Assembly: GCA_965140585.1 (NCBI GenBank)
Contig: OZ223270.1
Location: 416,001-480,000, forward strand
Origin: Spirochaetia bacterium
GTDB lineage: Bacteria; Spirochaetota; Spirochaetia; UBA9216
Reading direction: 5' to 3'
DNA length: 64,000 bases
Below are positions 18,176 through 30,282 of this stretch, in pieces; positions within the stretch are counted from its first letter, which is position 1; every line of letters begins with the position of its first letter. The position numbers and the translations under genes are program-made. The notes beneath the pieces are model-generated. The model had not been told where the DNA came from. It searched no databases and was given only the letters and a program-made list of their open reading frames with translations.

Positions 18176-19246
18176 TTATCTTTCGGTATAATTCTGTTCC
18201 ATCCACTTAAGATACTCGCCGGATTTTACAGTCTCAATCCATTCCCGGTTTTCCAGATACCATTTAACGGTCTCTTTTAGGCCGGAATCAAAACTGTAAG
18301 CCTGCTTCCATTTGAGTTCAGTTTTCAGCCTGGAACAGTCGATTGCATAACGTCTGTCATGACCGGGTCTGTCCTTAACATAGGTTATCAGCTTTTTATA
18401 GTAAACCTTTTCCTTACCTTTCAGTTCTGCAACGATTTCACAGAGACTGTTAACCAGCCTGATATTCTCCCACTCGTTTTCACCGCCGATATTGTAGGAA
18501 CGGCCGGTCTCTCCATCATTAACTATAGCCCAGACCGCGGAATTGTGATCTTCAACATAGAGCCAGTCGCGAACATTCTTACCGTCACCGTATACCGGCA
18601 GAGGTTTCTCTGTGACCATGTTTTCAATCATTACAGGGATTAGCTTCTCGGGAAACTGATAGGGGCCATAGTTGTTGGAGCAGTTTGAAAGGGTGATAGG
18701 CATTCCGTATGTGTGATTGTAGGCCCGCACAAGATGATCAGATGAAGCCTTGGCGGCAGAGTAAGGACTCCTCGGATCATATGGAGTATCCTCATGGAAA
18801 TAGCCTTCATCTCCAAGACTTCCATAGACCTCATCGGTACTTACATGGTGGAAGAGCTTTCCTTCAAAATCACCCCAATGCTCCCGTGCTGACTCAAGGA
18901 GGTTGAATGTTCCGTTGATATTGGTTGTGATAAACTGTCCAGGCTCGGTAATTGAACGATCAACATGACTTTCAGCCGCAAGATGTATAATTGTGTCTAT
19001 TTCATAATGCTTTATAACATTGTCAATTTCTGGTTTATCCCTGATGTCGACTTTTTCAAAGAAATACCGCTCACCGCCGAATTCTTTATCTATATCATAA
19101 AGGCTGTAGGGATTTCCTGCATAGGTAAGAGCATCAAGATTGATAATCTTTCCGTTAAAATCAGTCTTCTTAAACATATAGCGGATGAGGTTTGATCCGA
19201 TAAATCCGGCACCGCCGGTCACGAGTATGTTAGTTAGTTTTCTCAT
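18176..19246 (-). CDS. rmlB: dTDP-glucose 4,6-dehydratase
   Basis: VTGGAGFIGS, HLAAESHVDRSI, HVSTDEVYG, SPYSAAK, NCSNNYGPYQFPEKLIP, DRPGHDRRY. Confidence 0.97.
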   Translation of the reverse strand: MRKLTNILVTGGAGFIGSNLIRYMFKKTDFNGKIINLDALTYAGNPYSLYDIDKEFGGERYFFEKVDIRDKPEIDNVIKHYEIDTIIHLAAESHVDRSITEPGQFITTNINGTFNLLESAREHWGDFEGKLFHHVSTDEVYGSLGDEGYFHEDTPYDPRSPYSAAKASSDHLVRAYNHTYGMPITLSNCSNNYGPYQFPEKLIPVMIENMVTEKPLPVYGDGKNVRDWLYVEDHNSAVWAIVNDGETGRSYNIGGENEWENIRLVNSLCEIVAELKGKEKVYYKKLITYVKDRPGHDRRYAIDCSRLKTELKWKQAYSFDSGLKETVKWYLENREWIETVKSGEYLKWMEQNYTER

Positions 19247-19548
19247 AGTATTTTTATTCCTTTCTTTTTTATTTCCGGTATTATAGGAAGTTGTGAATTA
19301 TCAAAATCATATTTGGAAAAGCCCAATGCATCAAAACGTATATCATATTCCTTTGCTTTGGCAAAAATTTCTCGTGGATTAAACTCATTTTCATCAACTA
19401 TTACAGCCAAATCAATATCACTCCAGGAATCATAAGATCCTTCTGAATAAGAACCAAATAAAAAAATATTCTGGATTTTGTATTCTTTTTTTAACTCATC
19501 ACAGAACCTTTTGATAGTTATACGAATGGAATCATCGATTTCAACCAT
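19243..19548 (-). CDS. Minimal nucleotidyltransferase (MNT)
   Basis: LFGSYSEG....WSDIDLAVI; overlaps the HEPN-fused gene and the rmlB start (ATGA). Confidence 0.88.
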   Translation of the reverse strand: MVEIDDSIRITIKRFCDELKKEYKIQNIFLFGSYSEGSYDSWSDIDLAVIVDENEFNPREIFAKAKEYDIRFDALGFSKYDFDNSQLPIIPEIKKKGIKIL

Positions 19549-20765
19549 TGATAAATCTCCTTTCCATTTTCTAAAATATATGCTGAACGTGTTTTATCAA
19601 CATCTTTTGACAGAGACTTTATTCTCTCACCATATTTGCTTGCTATATAATAATATGATAGATCATTAAATAGTTCTTTTCTCTCTTCTTCAATTTTTAT
19701 ACCAAATCCATTTGCTAATCTTAATAAATCATGTATCCGCGGGACAGAAATACCATTATATTCATATAAAGCTTTTAGTGCTTTTTCAATACATTGTTGT
19801 ACTGTAATTAAGACATAAAGATACCTGCCTGAATCATGCATGGATGATGCCGTCTCTATATCATATTCTGCATGTTCAATCCAGTTTTCCACTCTTGAAA
19901 ACAGCTTATTACATTCCTTCAGAAATTTCTCAAGGCTTTCCTGCCAGGATTCAACCTGGTATCCAAAGACCTTTTTAACTTTTTCCTTGGAAAGAAGCGA
20001 ATATTCAGGACGCTTTACCTTGGCTGGGAATTCATCGCTTGTACAGGTGGCAACATTGCATTCACTGGTAATCAGGCTCAGCTCGCTGCCTAACTTGTAG
20101 ATTTCAGAGGCGAAGTCAAACCAGGTGCACTGATTTTCTCCGGACAGGTGATAAAGTCCGTATTCTCTTGAATCAGACTGGATTATTTTGCTGATTAGAC
20201 CTGTAAGCAATCTTGTCCAGGTCGGAGAACCATGCTGATCATTAACTACCTTTATAGACTCACGGCTGTTCATAAGTTTTATCATTGTAAAGACGAAGTT
20301 GGGTCCGTACTGGCCATAGAGCCAGGCAGTCCGGATGATAAAATGCATGCTGTTACTGGCGGTAATTGCATTTTCACCTTCGAGTTTACTCCGGCCATAG
20401 ACTGAGACTGGTTCTGTTTGTGCCTCTTCGGAAAGTGGAGTGCTGCTGCTACCGTCAAAGACGTAGTCCGTTGATATATGGATGACCGGTATTCCAAGCT
20501 CTGCGGATAGCTTACCGATATTCCCGGCACCGTCACGATTAAGCGCATAGGCTAATTCGCTTTCCTCCTCCGCCTTTTCAACTGCCGTATAGGCGGAACA
20601 GTTCACAATCCAGTCCGGTTTCTTTGCTTCCGCATATTCTTTCAATGCTTCAGGTTCAAGAATTGAGACTTCCCGGTCTGTTCCGCAGAAATCCAAGCCG
20701 GCCTGCTTAAACTCCTCAGACAGCTCTGTGCCGAGCATTCCCTTATTACCGATAATCCAGATCAT
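19518..20765 (-). CDS. rmlD: dTDP-4-dehydrorhamnose reductase fused to a C-terminal HEPN domain
   Basis: aa 1-~287 RmlD (GNKGMLG, NCSAYTAVE, HISTDYVFDG, YGRSK, VNDQHGSPT); aa ~290-415 HEPN (WIEHAEYDIETA, QQCIEKALKA, PRIHDLLRL). Confidence 0.88.
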   Translation of the reverse strand: MIWIIGNKGMLGTELSEEFKQAGLDFCGTDREVSILEPEALKEYAEAKKPDWIVNCSAYTAVEKAEEESELAYALNRDGAGNIGKLSAELGIPVIHISTDYVFDGSSSTPLSEEAQTEPVSVYGRSKLEGENAITASNSMHFIIRTAWLYGQYGPNFVFTMIKLMNSRESIKVVNDQHGSPTWTRLLTGLISKIIQSDSREYGLYHLSGENQCTWFDFASEIYKLGSELSLITSECNVATCTSDEFPAKVKRPEYSLLSKEKVKKVFGYQVESWQESLEKFLKECNKLFSRVENWIEHAEYDIETASSMHDSGRYLYVLITVQQCIEKALKALYEYNGISVPRIHDLLRLANGFGIKIEEERKELFNDLSYYYIASKYGERIKSLSKDVDKTRSAYILENGKEIYQWLKSMIPFV

Positions 20766-21307
20766 TTTAAGTCCTTAAGAAATGGAAGTCTTTCATCTTT
20801 GTCAGAGACAGAGGGGATTATTCCATTCAACGGCCATTGCACAGCAACTTCGGGATCATTCCATTTGATCCCGCCGTCAGCTGTCGGTGCATACTCTGCA
20901 GTACATTTGTACAGAAAGTGGGTATTGTCTGTCAGTGTCAGAAAGCCGTGGGCAAACCCAGGAGGGATGTAAAACATCTTTCCGTTTTCCTCGGTTAACT
21001 CAACGCCAACCCATTTTCCATAAGTTCCCGACACTTTACGAAGATCAACTCCTACGTCCCAGACTGCACCTTTTACAACCCTCACAAGCTTTCCCTGGGC
21101 ATGGGGGTCTGTCTGAAAATGCAAGCCTCTAAGAACACCCTTTGAAGAGAGAGAGTGGTTATCCTGAACAAAGTCTGCAGTTATTCCAGCGCTTACAAAT
21201 TCAGACTTTTTATAAGTTTCCATAAAAAAACCGCGGTCATCGGGGAATTTCCGCGGTTCTATTATCACAAGTCCTTTAATATCAGTTTTAACAAAATTAA
21301 AAGGCAT
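20762..21307 (-). CDS. rmlC: dTDP-4-dehydrorhamnose 3,5-epimerase
   Basis: DDRGFFME, FVQDNHS, GVLRGLHFQ, QGKLVRV, IPPGFAHGF. Confidence 0.97.
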   Translation of the reverse strand: MPFNFVKTDIKGLVIIEPRKFPDDRGFFMETYKKSEFVSAGITADFVQDNHSLSSKGVLRGLHFQTDPHAQGKLVRVVKGAVWDVGVDLRKVSGTYGKWVGVELTEENGKMFYIPPGFAHGFLTLTDNTHFLYKCTAEYAPTADGGIKWNDPEVAVQWPLNGIIPSVSDKDERLPFLKDLK

Positions 21308-21322
21308 TATCGGATACTCCGT

Positions 21323-22195
21323 TTATTTCAATGTGTCAATGTAGTTTAGCAGATACTGTCCGTAAGTTGATTTTGCGAGAGAATCTGCAAGAGCCTGGAG
21401 CTGTTTCTTATCAATGAAGCCCATCTTATAAGCTATTTCCTCTATACAGGATATTTTAAGGCCTTGACGATCTTCTATAGTCTTAACGTAGTTTGTCGCA
21501 TCAACAAGTGAATCGTGGGTTCCGGTATCAAGCCAGGCAAAACCACGGCCCATAAGCTGAACTTTTAGCTCGTTGATTTTGAGATATTCGTTATTAACTG
21601 TTGTGATCTCAAGCTCTCCGCGGGCCGAAGGTTTGATATTATGTGCAATATCAACAACCCTGTTATCATAAAAATAAAGGCCTACAACAGCATAATTTGA
21701 TTTAGGTTCGGCTGGTTTTTCTTCAATGGATAAGGCAGTGCCGTTTTCATCAAAATCGACAACACCGTAGCGTTCGGGATCCTTAACCCAGTATCCGAAT
21801 ACTGTAGCCCCTGATTTCTGTGCTGCGGCTTCCTGAACCATCTGGGAAAAATGATGTCCGTAGAAGATATTATCACCAAGGATTAGACATACAGAGTCAT
21901 CACCGACGAAATCCTTTCCGAGAATAAAAGCTTCTGCTAATCCATTCGGGGCATCCTGAATCCTATATTTAATATTCAAGCCAAGATGTGAACCGTCTTT
22001 GAATAATTCTTCAAACCTTGAAGTATCCTGAGGAGTTGATATTATCAGGATATCCTTGATGCCTGCCAGCATCAGTGTGGAAAGCGGGTAATAGATCATC
22101 GGCTTGTCATATACAGGAAGAAGCTGCTTGCAGACAACCTGTGTAGCTGGAAAAAGTCTGGTACCGGAACCTCCGGCAAGTATTATACCTTTCAC
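21323..22195 (-). CDS. rmlA: Glucose-1-phosphate thymidylyltransferase
   Basis: [43 protein letters not shown]. Confidence 0.97.
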   Translation of the reverse strand: MKGIILAGGSGTRLFPATQVVCKQLLPVYDKPMIYYPLSTLMLAGIKDILIISTPQDTSRFEELFKDGSHLGLNIKYRIQDAPNGLAEAFILGKDFVGDDSVCLILGDNIFYGHHFSQMVQEAAAQKSGATVFGYWVKDPERYGVVDFDENGTALSIEEKPAEPKSNYAVVGLYFYDNRVVDIAHNIKPSARGELEITTVNNEYLKINELKVQLMGRGFAWLDTGTHDSLVDATNYVKTIEDRQGLKISCIEEIAYKMGFIDKKQLQALADSLAKSTYGQYLLNYIDTLK

Positions 22196-22216
22196 TTTTT
22201 ATACTCCTTAAAAATG

Positions 22217-23521
22217 TTATTTACGACCAACACCTTCATAGGTAAATCCCTCTTTTACTACAAGTTCGGGATCAAGAAGGTTTCTGGTATCAAGAATGAT
22301 ATTACTCTTCATAACCTCTTTTACTCTGGTGAGGTTTAATCCTCTGTACTCATTCCATTCAGTAATGATAATCAATGCATCAGCACCCTTTGCGGCATCG
22401 TAGGCGCTGTGACAGTACATGATATCAGGATAGAGTTTTGAAAAATTATCCATCCCCTTCGGATCATGTGCCTGAACAAGACCCTTTTCAGCAAGTATTT
22501 CTTTTACAATAGTAATCGCCGGACTTTCACGGATATCATCTGTCTGCTGTTTAAACGCAAGCCCCAGAACAGCTATTGTTTTGCCTTCGAGCCCGCCGGT
22601 AAGCTTTGACAGTTTTTCAACCATTCGTGTCTTCTGTTTCTCATTTGTTTCAATAACTGATTCAATCAGGTTCATCTGAACACCGTATTTTTTACCAAAA
22701 CTTGCAATTGCCTTTGTATCCTTGGGAAAACAGCTTCCACCGTACCCGGGACCCGGATGCAGAAACTTGGGACTGATACGGCCGTCCATTCCCATTGATT
22801 TTGCTACCTGATGAATATCCGCACCTACCGCTTCCGATAAATTGGCAATTTCATTTATAAAGGTGATTTTTGTAGCAAGAAAAGCATTAGACGCGTATTT
22901 TATAAGCTCGGCTGTTTCAAGATTGCACCATACAAATGGAACACTTATCAGGTTCAGGCTGCGGTAAACTTCAAACATAACGTCTTTAGCCTTTTCGGTT
23001 GAATACCCAATAACGGTCCTGTCAGGATGAAAAAAGTCTTGTGTGGCACGGCCTTCCCTGAGGAATTCAGGGTTTGAAACAACATCGAAATCAGAATGCC
23101 CCACTTTCTCTTTGAGCGTCTCATAAATCCAGCGATTTGTTCCGACAGGCACGGTTGATTTTGTTACTACAACCTTATAACCAGTCATGTTCTGAGCTAT
23201 AGATTCAAGAACAGCTTCAACATAGCTTAAATCCGCTTCCATGTTCGGCTTTTCAGGAGTTCCTACAGCGATAAAAATAACATCAGCTTCTTTAATAGCA
23301 GTGTTTATATCAGATGTAAAATCGAGTCGTCCCGATTCAAGGTTTCGTCTCAGGTAATCCTCAACACCCGGTTCGTATATTGGAGAAACTCCGTTTTTAA
23401 GAAGTTCAATCTTCTTTTCATCAAGGTCTACACCGGTTACCTGATTTCCGAAATCAGAAAGACCTACCGCGGCAATCAGACCTACATAGCCGGTTCCTAC
23501 TACACATATTTTTTTTGCCAT
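22217..23521 (-). CDS. ugd: UDP-glucose 6-dehydrogenase
   Basis: GTGYVGL, KSTVPVGT, NPEFLREG, KYASNAFLATKI, GYGGSCFPKD. Confidence 0.93.
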   Translation of the reverse strand: MAKKICVVGTGYVGLIAAVGLSDFGNQVTGVDLDEKKIELLKNGVSPIYEPGVEDYLRRNLESGRLDFTSDINTAIKEADVIFIAVGTPEKPNMEADLSYVEAVLESIAQNMTGYKVVVTKSTVPVGTNRWIYETLKEKVGHSDFDVVSNPEFLREGRATQDFFHPDRTVIGYSTEKAKDVMFEVYRSLNLISVPFVWCNLETAELIKYASNAFLATKITFINEIANLSEAVGADIHQVAKSMGMDGRISPKFLHPGPGYGGSCFPKDTKAIASFGKKYGVQMNLIESVIETNEKQKTRMVEKLSKLTGGLEGKTIAVLGLAFKQQTDDIRESPAITIVKEILAEKGLVQAHDPKGMDNFSKLYPDIMYCHSAYDAAKGADALIIITEWNEYRGLNLTRVKEVMKSNIILDTRNLLDPELVVKEGFTYEGVGRK

Positions 23522-23563
23522 TTATTTAACCTCTTATTTTGGAAAGTATATATTGTTTTCATT

Positions 23564-26431
23564 TCAGGATCTTGAGATCTGTAATCCTTTATCAGAAAGA
23601 TCCATATCTACAAACCGTGCCCGTTTATTTGGGGGATTTGCCGTCAAAATAGTCTTTATTTTTACCGCAGCATCAGGATCCTTGGCCACGATATACAGAA
23701 ATCCGCCGCCGCCGGCTCCAGGAAGCTTATAACCTAAAGATAGATCATCAATAAGGTCGATAATTCCCTGAATGGCTTTATTATTTGTATCTTTATCTAT
23801 TTCCTTATTCAGGTTCCAGGATCTTGCTATTTTTTTTCCATAAATATAAAAATCGCCTTTTTGAATTATCTCATAAGTACCTAAAGCATGCTGTTTCATT
23901 TCTTTTAGAATTCTGTAAGTTTTATTATCATTCAGAAACATGCCTTCGACTATTTCAGTGAGTATATTCTTGGCCACTCTTGTGATCCCTGTATAATATA
24001 ACAGCATACAGTTCTTAAATTCAGGTTTTGTAAACAAAAAATCAGGCAGCCAGCGTATATCAGGAGTCTGGCTCCAGCCTCTTTCTGTATCAAGGAGTTT
24101 TACTCCCGGAACAACTCCGCCGTACTGATCCTGCCATCCGCCACCTGTTGTCAGTAGCTGCTCAAGGCCAAGCGTACGGTTACAGATTTCAACAGAATCC
24201 CAGCCCAGACCGCAGAAATCTGATAATGCCCCAAGAATCGTAGAGGCAAGGATTGAACTGGTTCCCATACCCGAGCCCTTCGGTATTGCCGCAAGAAAGG
24301 AGATTTCCAGACCTGAACCGAAATCATCAATCTGATTTTTTAAGGTTTTATACTCTCTTTCAGAGAACTCCGGAAGAAACCCACAAAGAGCGAGCGCCGC
24401 TTTAGGAATTGAAAATGGAGAACCTACCGTATTATACTGCCTGATTTCATCAAAATTACTGATTATTTCACGTGCGCCAAGATCAATTGAACGAAGGATA
24501 ATCTCTTTCTGCTCTGAAGGTCTTATAAAAGCCTGCAGGGGAGGCTGCCCGTTCAGTTCAAGTGAGATATTTACTACACTACCGCCGTTTAAAATACAGT
24601 AAGGAGAAGTATCGGTCCAACCTCCGGCTAGGTCAATTCTCACAGGGCTTCTGCCCCAGACTATCTGATCTTCATACACATTAAGTACAGGATTCTGTTT
24701 AACTGATATGATTGATTTAAGGATAGCATTCTGCAGAGTACTGAAAGCTTTCTGATTATATTCAGAGCCAGCGGAATCATTTTTTGAAATCATTGACTGA
24801 AACATCATTTCCTGCATCAGAATTTCAGGCACTTCAGATTTTACAGGAGACAGACCATCTATATTATTTGAATTTTCAAGAATATACTTTGAAGTGTTTC
24901 TCAAATCAATCTGAAAAAAAACACTCTTATCAAAGTTCTTTCTGACAGCAGCAATATTTAAAATCATATATTCATTACGCTGTTTATTGATTTTTTCTAT
25001 ATCAGCTTTATTTAGGATATCCGCTGAGGATAATTTTTCGGCTTTATTCCACTTGTTTAAACATTCAGTATCCGGTGTTCCATATAGAAACCAGTCAATA
25101 AACCTATTATCAATATCTTTTAATGAAAAAATTGGAAATATTTTAGTATCATAAATATCCGAATTGGGATTGCCTTCGAATGAATCTAAATCAATTTCTC
25201 TAACCTTGCACCAATGAATAAAAGAATCGCTTAAGAATTTTGTTGATTCTGAATAAATAGACCCTTTAAATAAATCATCAATAAAATACGCCCTAAGACA
25301 ATACCTGTCTTCTTTAATAGGAATCAGGTCAAAGCAAAATCCTTGTTCAAGTTTAATTCCAAAATTATTTTCAGGCAATCCGGTTATAATATTATTCTTA
25401 GTTAGAACAATTTTTTCATTTATAAAACTGTTCTCTATCCATATATTCTGATTTTCCGAATTTAGCCCGGTTTTAATAATACTGTTCTGTGTAAATATCG
25501 AGGGATGAGGCTTGATATTACGGCTCCAGATTTCCTGCTGATTATTTGTAATATTCTGGAGTTCAAGAGATGATTTAATTATTTCTTTATTAGTTCCAAA
25601 ATGAAAAAAGCGACCGTCTTTTATCGTAAGTACAGCTGTCGTCAGTTTATTTATTTCCGGATCTTTAATCTTAGGATTGTGCCCCAAGGACAACCCTAAG
25701 GTCCCGTATAAATCATAAAATTCCGGGATATCATTTTTAAATTTCTCACTATCCAGATCGAATCCAGATTTATCCATCAATACCTGTATTGCATTATCAC
25801 TTAAAATCCAGATACCTGTATCGATATAAAAAAGATTATCAATGATTAAATTTTTCAGATTTTCATGATCCGGCTTTTGAAGCATATACTCCAGTTTATC
25901 AGGCGAATCTCTTTTACAGACAAAAACTCCGTGATTCACAGCAATGGAAGGATCGATATTCATCCCTACACAGACTATATCCGCATCCGGAATTTTATCA
26001 AAATACTGCTCAGACCAGATTAGTGCATCTCCGCTGGCTATTATGGTATTAGAAGTTGCAGAACTAACAGAAATCAGATTATTAAGCAGTGGATACTGAA
26101 GGTTTATTAAAGTCTGATTAAACCGCTGAGCACGTTCCCACCTGAATACTGGACAGGGCAGAAAACTTTTTCCCATTGCTGCGTACGCAGGTAGTCTTCT
26201 GCTTTGTCCACCGCCGTGAACGATTATTTTCTTTTCACAAGAAAGATATTCACTGAAATTCGAGTCCTTATAGGAGGATAGCCAATCCTGATATATTATC
26301 CATGAGGTTCCGCCGCCCGACCCTATTTTCCTTTCTACAGGATCGGAACAGGCAAAATGCTTATATTCTTCATTTACGAGATGTTTGGAGTATTTTGCCG
26401 CCTTCTCAGGAAGCGAGAGAAGAAGTTTCAT
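23564..26431 (-). CDS. fkp: Bifunctional fucokinase / GDP-fucose pyrophosphorylase
   Basis: [23 protein letters not shown] (pyrophosphorylase); [44 protein letters not shown] (GHMP kinase). Confidence 0.92.
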   Translation of the reverse strand: MKLLLSLPEKAAKYSKHLVNEEYKHFACSDPVERKIGSGGGTSWIIYQDWLSSYKDSNFSEYLSCEKKIIVHGGGQSRRLPAYAAMGKSFLPCPVFRWERAQRFNQTLINLQYPLLNNLISVSSATSNTIIASGDALIWSEQYFDKIPDADIVCVGMNIDPSIAVNHGVFVCKRDSPDKLEYMLQKPDHENLKNLIIDNLFYIDTGIWILSDNAIQVLMDKSGFDLDSEKFKNDIPEFYDLYGTLGLSLGHNPKIKDPEINKLTTAVLTIKDGRFFHFGTNKEIIKSSLELQNITNNQQEIWSRNIKPHPSIFTQNSIIKTGLNSENQNIWIENSFINEKIVLTKNNIITGLPENNFGIKLEQGFCFDLIPIKEDRYCLRAYFIDDLFKGSIYSESTKFLSDSFIHWCKVREIDLDSFEGNPNSDIYDTKIFPIFSLKDIDNRFIDWFLYGTPDTECLNKWNKAEKLSSADILNKADIEKINKQRNEYMILNIAAVRKNFDKSVFFQIDLRNTSKYILENSNNIDGLSPVKSEVPEILMQEMMFQSMISKNDSAGSEYNQKAFSTLQNAILKSIISVKQNPVLNVYEDQIVWGRSPVRIDLAGGWTDTSPYCILNGGSVVNISLELNGQPPLQAFIRPSEQKEIILRSIDLGAREIISNFDEIRQYNTVGSPFSIPKAALALCGFLPEFSEREYKTLKNQIDDFGSGLEISFLAAIPKGSGMGTSSILASTILGALSDFCGLGWDSVEICNRTLGLEQLLTTGGGWQDQYGGVVPGVKLLDTERGWSQTPDIRWLPDFLFTKPEFKNCMLLYYTGITRVAKNILTEIVEGMFLNDNKTYRILKEMKQHALGTYEIIQKGDFYIYGKKIARSWNLNKEIDKDTNNKAIQGIIDLIDDLSLGYKLPGAGGGGFLYIVAKDPDAAVKIKTILTANPPNKRARFVDMDLSDKGLQISRS

Positions 26432-27360
26432 TTTTTATTTAAAAAATCTTTATATGCAGTTTTTATCCCTTCATCAAGAGAGACGGAGGGCTGCCAACCC
26501 AATTTATTCAGTTTTGATACATCGAGAAGTTTACGGGGTGTACCATTAGGCTTTGTAGTATCCCAGTTTATTTTACCGGTATAACCAACAATATTACCAA
26601 CTTTTTCAGCTAAATCTTTTATCTGTAAATCTTCACCACAACCTATATTAACAAACTCCCCGGTTTCAGAGAAATTATAATTTTCCATAAGATAAATTAC
26701 TGCATCTGCCAAATCTTCGGAATATAGAAACTCTCTATACGGGCTTCCGTCACCCCATAATGTTACTTCTGAATCGTTTTGTTTTGCTTCATGAAATTTC
26801 CTGATTAGAGCCGGAAGCACATGGGAATTTTCAGGATGGTAATTATCACCGGGACCATAGAGATTTGTAGGCATAACTGAAATGTAGTTGGTACCATACT
26901 GCTGATTATAATATCTGCAAAGTTTTATAGCTGAAATTTTGGCAATGGCATAAGCTTCATTTGTAATTTCAAGTTCTCCTGTTAGAAGGTATTCTTCTTT
27001 AAGAGGCTGCGGTGCCATTTTAGGATAAATACAGGATGACCCCAAATTAAGTAGTTTTTTAACCTTATATTTATAGGCTGAGTTTATTATATTCATTCCG
27101 ATAGCTATGTTATTGTAAATAAAATTCGCAGGATACTCAGAATTAGCAAAAATTCCACCGACTTTTGCAGCTGCAAGAAAAACATATTCAGGTTTTTGTT
27201 CATCAAAAAAATCTTCCACATCTTTTTGACGAGTCAAATCCAATTCTAAATGAGTCCTAGCTATAATATTCTTATAGCCCTTGTGTTCAAGGCCTTTTAT
27301 TATTGCAGAGCCGACCATTCCACGATGACCGGCGACATAAATTCTTGATTCTTTATTCAT
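26428..27360 (-). CDS. fcl: GDP-L-fucose synthase
   Basis: [41 protein letters not shown]. Confidence 0.96.
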   Translation of the reverse strand: MNKESRIYVAGHRGMVGSAIIKGLEHKGYKNIIARTHLELDLTRQKDVEDFFDEQKPEYVFLAAAKVGGIFANSEYPANFIYNNIAIGMNIINSAYKYKVKKLLNLGSSCIYPKMAPQPLKEEYLLTGELEITNEAYAIAKISAIKLCRYYNQQYGTNYISVMPTNLYGPGDNYHPENSHVLPALIRKFHEAKQNDSEVTLWGDGSPYREFLYSEDLADAVIYLMENYNFSETGEFVNIGCGEDLQIKDLAEKVGNIVGYTGKINWDTTKPNGTPRKLLDVSKLNKLGWQPSVSLDEGIKTAYKDFLNKK

Positions 27361-27363
27361 AAA

Positions 27364-28452
27364 TTAAGCTTTTCTATTATCTTTCATTCTGTATCCGCCT
27401 TCTTTCAAATACAGTTCTTTTTCATTCTCTTTTAAATCTGAGTCAACCATCATTTTGACAAGCTGTTTAAAAGTAACTTTTGGATTCCAGTTCAACTCTG
27501 TTTTTGCTTTTGTTGGATCACCTAAAAGAAGATCTACCTCTGTAGGTCTGAAATATTGAGGATCTACTTTTACCAGGGGGTTTCCGGTAGTCATATCCTT
27601 ACCAATCTCATTAACGCCTGAACCTTCCCACGCGATGTTTATATCAAGAATCTTAAAAGTCTCCTCTACGAACTCTCTAACTGTATGCATTTCCCCAGTA
27701 GCAATAACATAGTCTTCAGGTTTTTCCTGCTGAAGCATTAGCCACATAGCTTCTACATAATCTCCGGCAAATCCCCAGTCTCTTTTGGAGTTAAGGTTTC
27801 CAAGGAATAAAGTCTTCTGTAAGCCAAGTTTAATCCGACACGCCGCTCTTGTGATTTTTCTGGTTACAAAGGTTTCACCTCTTCGTGGACTTTCATGATT
27901 AAAAAGTATTCCATTGCATGCATACATATCATAGGCTTCACGGTAATTCTTGAAAATCCAAAACGCATACAATTTTGCGACTGCGTATGGGCTTCTCGGA
28001 TAAAATGGAGTTGTTTCTTTTTGTGGAATTTCCTGAACCTTTCCGTATAGCTCACTTGTAGAAGCCTGATATATCCTCACCTTTTTTTCCATCCCAAGCA
28101 GTTTAACAGCTTCAAGTATTCTCAGAGCTCCAATAGCATCAGACTGAGCAGTATATTCAGGCACATCAAAAGAAACTCTTACATGACTCTGGGCCCCAAG
28201 GTTATATATTTCATCAGGCTGTATTTCCTGAATAAGGCGGATCAAATTTGTTGAATCTGTAAGATCCCCGTAATGAAGAATAAACTTTACATTTTCTTCA
28301 TGCTGATCCTGGTATAGATGGTCTATTCTCTCTGTATTAAAAGAGGATGCTCGCCTTTTAATTCCATGAACTTCATATCCTTTCTCTAGTAGGAATTCTG
28401 CAAGATAAGATCCATCCTGTCCCGAAATGCCTGATATTAATGCTTTTTTCAT
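27364..28452 (-). CDS. gmd: GDP-mannose 4,6-dehydratase
   Basis: [49 protein letters not shown]. Confidence 0.97.
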   Translation of the reverse strand: MKKALISGISGQDGSYLAEFLLEKGYEVHGIKRRASSFNTERIDHLYQDQHEENVKFILHYGDLTDSTNLIRLIQEIQPDEIYNLGAQSHVRVSFDVPEYTAQSDAIGALRILEAVKLLGMEKKVRIYQASTSELYGKVQEIPQKETTPFYPRSPYAVAKLYAFWIFKNYREAYDMYACNGILFNHESPRRGETFVTRKITRAACRIKLGLQKTLFLGNLNSKRDWGFAGDYVEAMWLMLQQEKPEDYVIATGEMHTVREFVEETFKILDINIAWEGSGVNEIGKDMTTGNPLVKVDPQYFRPTEVDLLLGDPTKAKTELNWNPKVTFKQLVKMMVDSDLKENEKELYLKEGGYRMKDNRKA

Positions 28453-28464
28453 TATCGCTCCAAT

Positions 28465-29205
28465 TTATCTAATTATAAGCTGCTTTATTTTCGAAATAGG
28501 TTTTTTTAATGTAATACCGAATGGAGGACTCATCCCATTATCTATCCAGGACTGCCTACATTCTTTATTACTATTTATTATTGCCTTTAAGGAACTGTTA
28601 CTGGCACCACCAATTCGCATTCTAACAAAGTATTCATCTAAGAAAACACTCTGCAATTTATATTTTTTTAAAACCCTCAGCATAAATTCATAATCTGCAG
28701 CTATTTTATATTTTAAACTAAAATATCCATATTTTTCATACACTTCTCTTTTTACAAAAAACCCTGGATGGGGCGGATGTGTTCCATTACTAAACATTTT
28801 TTCAGTGTAAGGTTCAGTTTTATAATTGCGTATTATTTTATTTGTATCGTCCTGATCTACACAAACTATATTGCCATAAACAATATCGCAATTACTCTTT
28901 TCGAAAGCGCTATATATTTTATTTAAAACAAATTCGTCATAAAATATATCATCAGAATTTAAAATTCCTATTATGTCACCCGTAGTATTCTTAATACCTT
29001 TATTCATGGCGTCATAAATGCCTCTGTCATGTTCTGATAAAAATTTTGATTTATAAACTTTTAAAATTTTAAAAGTAGCGTCATTAGATTTTCCGTCAAC
29101 AATCAAATGCTCATAATTATCAAATACTTGACTTTTAACACTTCTTAAACAGTCTTCTATTGTTTTTTCACTATTAAATGTTGGAGTTATTATACTAATT
29201 TTCAT
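28465..29205 (-). CDS. GT2 glycosyltransferase (WcaE-like, probable fucosyltransferase)
   Basis: ISIITPTFN, VDGKSND, GIYDAMNKG, LNSDD, IAADYE; next to gmd/fcl. Confidence 0.85.
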   Translation of the reverse strand: MKISIITPTFNSEKTIEDCLRSVKSQVFDNYEHLIVDGKSNDATFKILKVYKSKFLSEHDRGIYDAMNKGIKNTTGDIIGILNSDDIFYDEFVLNKIYSAFEKSNCDIVYGNIVCVDQDDTNKIIRNYKTEPYTEKMFSNGTHPPHPGFFVKREVYEKYGYFSLKYKIAADYEFMLRVLKKYKLQSVFLDEYFVRMRIGGASNSSLKAIINSNKECRQSWIDNGMSPPFGITLKKPISKIKQLIIR

Positions 29206-29211
29206 ATGAAC

Positions 29212-30282
29212 CTATTTGTGAAATAAAATACTTTCTACTTTTTTTAGATATATCTCTTCTTTATAGTTTTCCAACGCGATTGTATTATTATAATTTGCTA
29301 TTTTAATTTTTTCATTAATCGTCATTTTTTGGAACTTTTTTATAGCTTCGATAATACTATTGGTTGATTTTTTTTTAAGCTCAAATCCATTTTCAAGATC
29401 CTTAAAAACATCTTTAATTCCACCTTGATCTGTTGTCATCACCACATTGCCAGCTGCATACGCTTCTAATATTGAAATCGGTTGCCCCTCATATTTATAA
29501 TATGTAGGGAGACAAAATACATGACTTTCTTTAAGTATTTTAGAGGCATTAAAGCTATCAAGCTTACCATAATACTTTACTGTATCACTAAAAAATTTTT
29601 TATAAGTTTCATAAATATTATTATTTTCAAATTCTCCAACAAAATTAAAATATACCTTTTTATCATCTTTAAAATATTTTGAAGCTTCTAATAAATAATT
29701 AAAGCCTTTACTTTCTATCAAATTACTGAGATATGTAATAATCAAAACATCCTTATTAAATTTATTTTTGATTTTTTCTTTTTCTAATAAAAAATAGTCA
29801 AGATAAAAATTTTCTACAACTTTTATTTTCTGATTATTTAATATTGGTGATAATTGATTTCTTAATGATTCTCCTAACACAATCCCAAAATCTACATTTT
29901 TATATATAACTTTATTTAAATTTTTCAAGATGCTTTTAGACAAAATTTGTTTACTAAATCCACCACCATGAAGGTGTACTATTACCTTTTTTTTTCTTAA
30001 AAGATATATATAAATTAAATCCTTCAAGTTTCCATATACAGATTGAGTAATCGTTATATAAGCATATTCACATACTTTTCTATTCAAATAAATAAACAAT
30101 ATTTTTTTAAAAACATTTTTAAATTGATTAATAGAAGCGTTCCCACTTGATAAATTATTTTTTGACATATCGATTTTAATTAATTCATAAGATCCTTCTA
30201 AATACTTATATAAACTATTACACGCAATGGATAATCCTGTATTGGGGGGAGGAAAAGAACCTATAAACATTATTTTATTCAT
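29212..30282 (-). CDS. GT4 glycosyltransferase
   Basis: HLHGG, SKGF, EGQPISILEA, TDQGGI. Confidence 0.88.
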   Translation of the reverse strand: MNKIMFIGSFPPPNTGLSIACNSLYKYLEGSYELIKIDMSKNNLSSGNASINQFKNVFKKILFIYLNRKVCEYAYITITQSVYGNLKDLIYIYLLRKKKVIVHLHGGGFSKQILSKSILKNLNKVIYKNVDFGIVLGESLRNQLSPILNNQKIKVVENFYLDYFLLEKEKIKNKFNKDVLIITYLSNLIESKGFNYLLEASKYFKDDKKVYFNFVGEFENNNIYETYKKFFSDTVKYYGKLDSFNASKILKESHVFCLPTYYKYEGQPISILEAYAAGNVVMTTDQGGIKDVFKDLENGFELKKKSTNSIIEAIKKFQKMTINEKIKIANYNNTIALENYKEEIYLKKVESILFHK

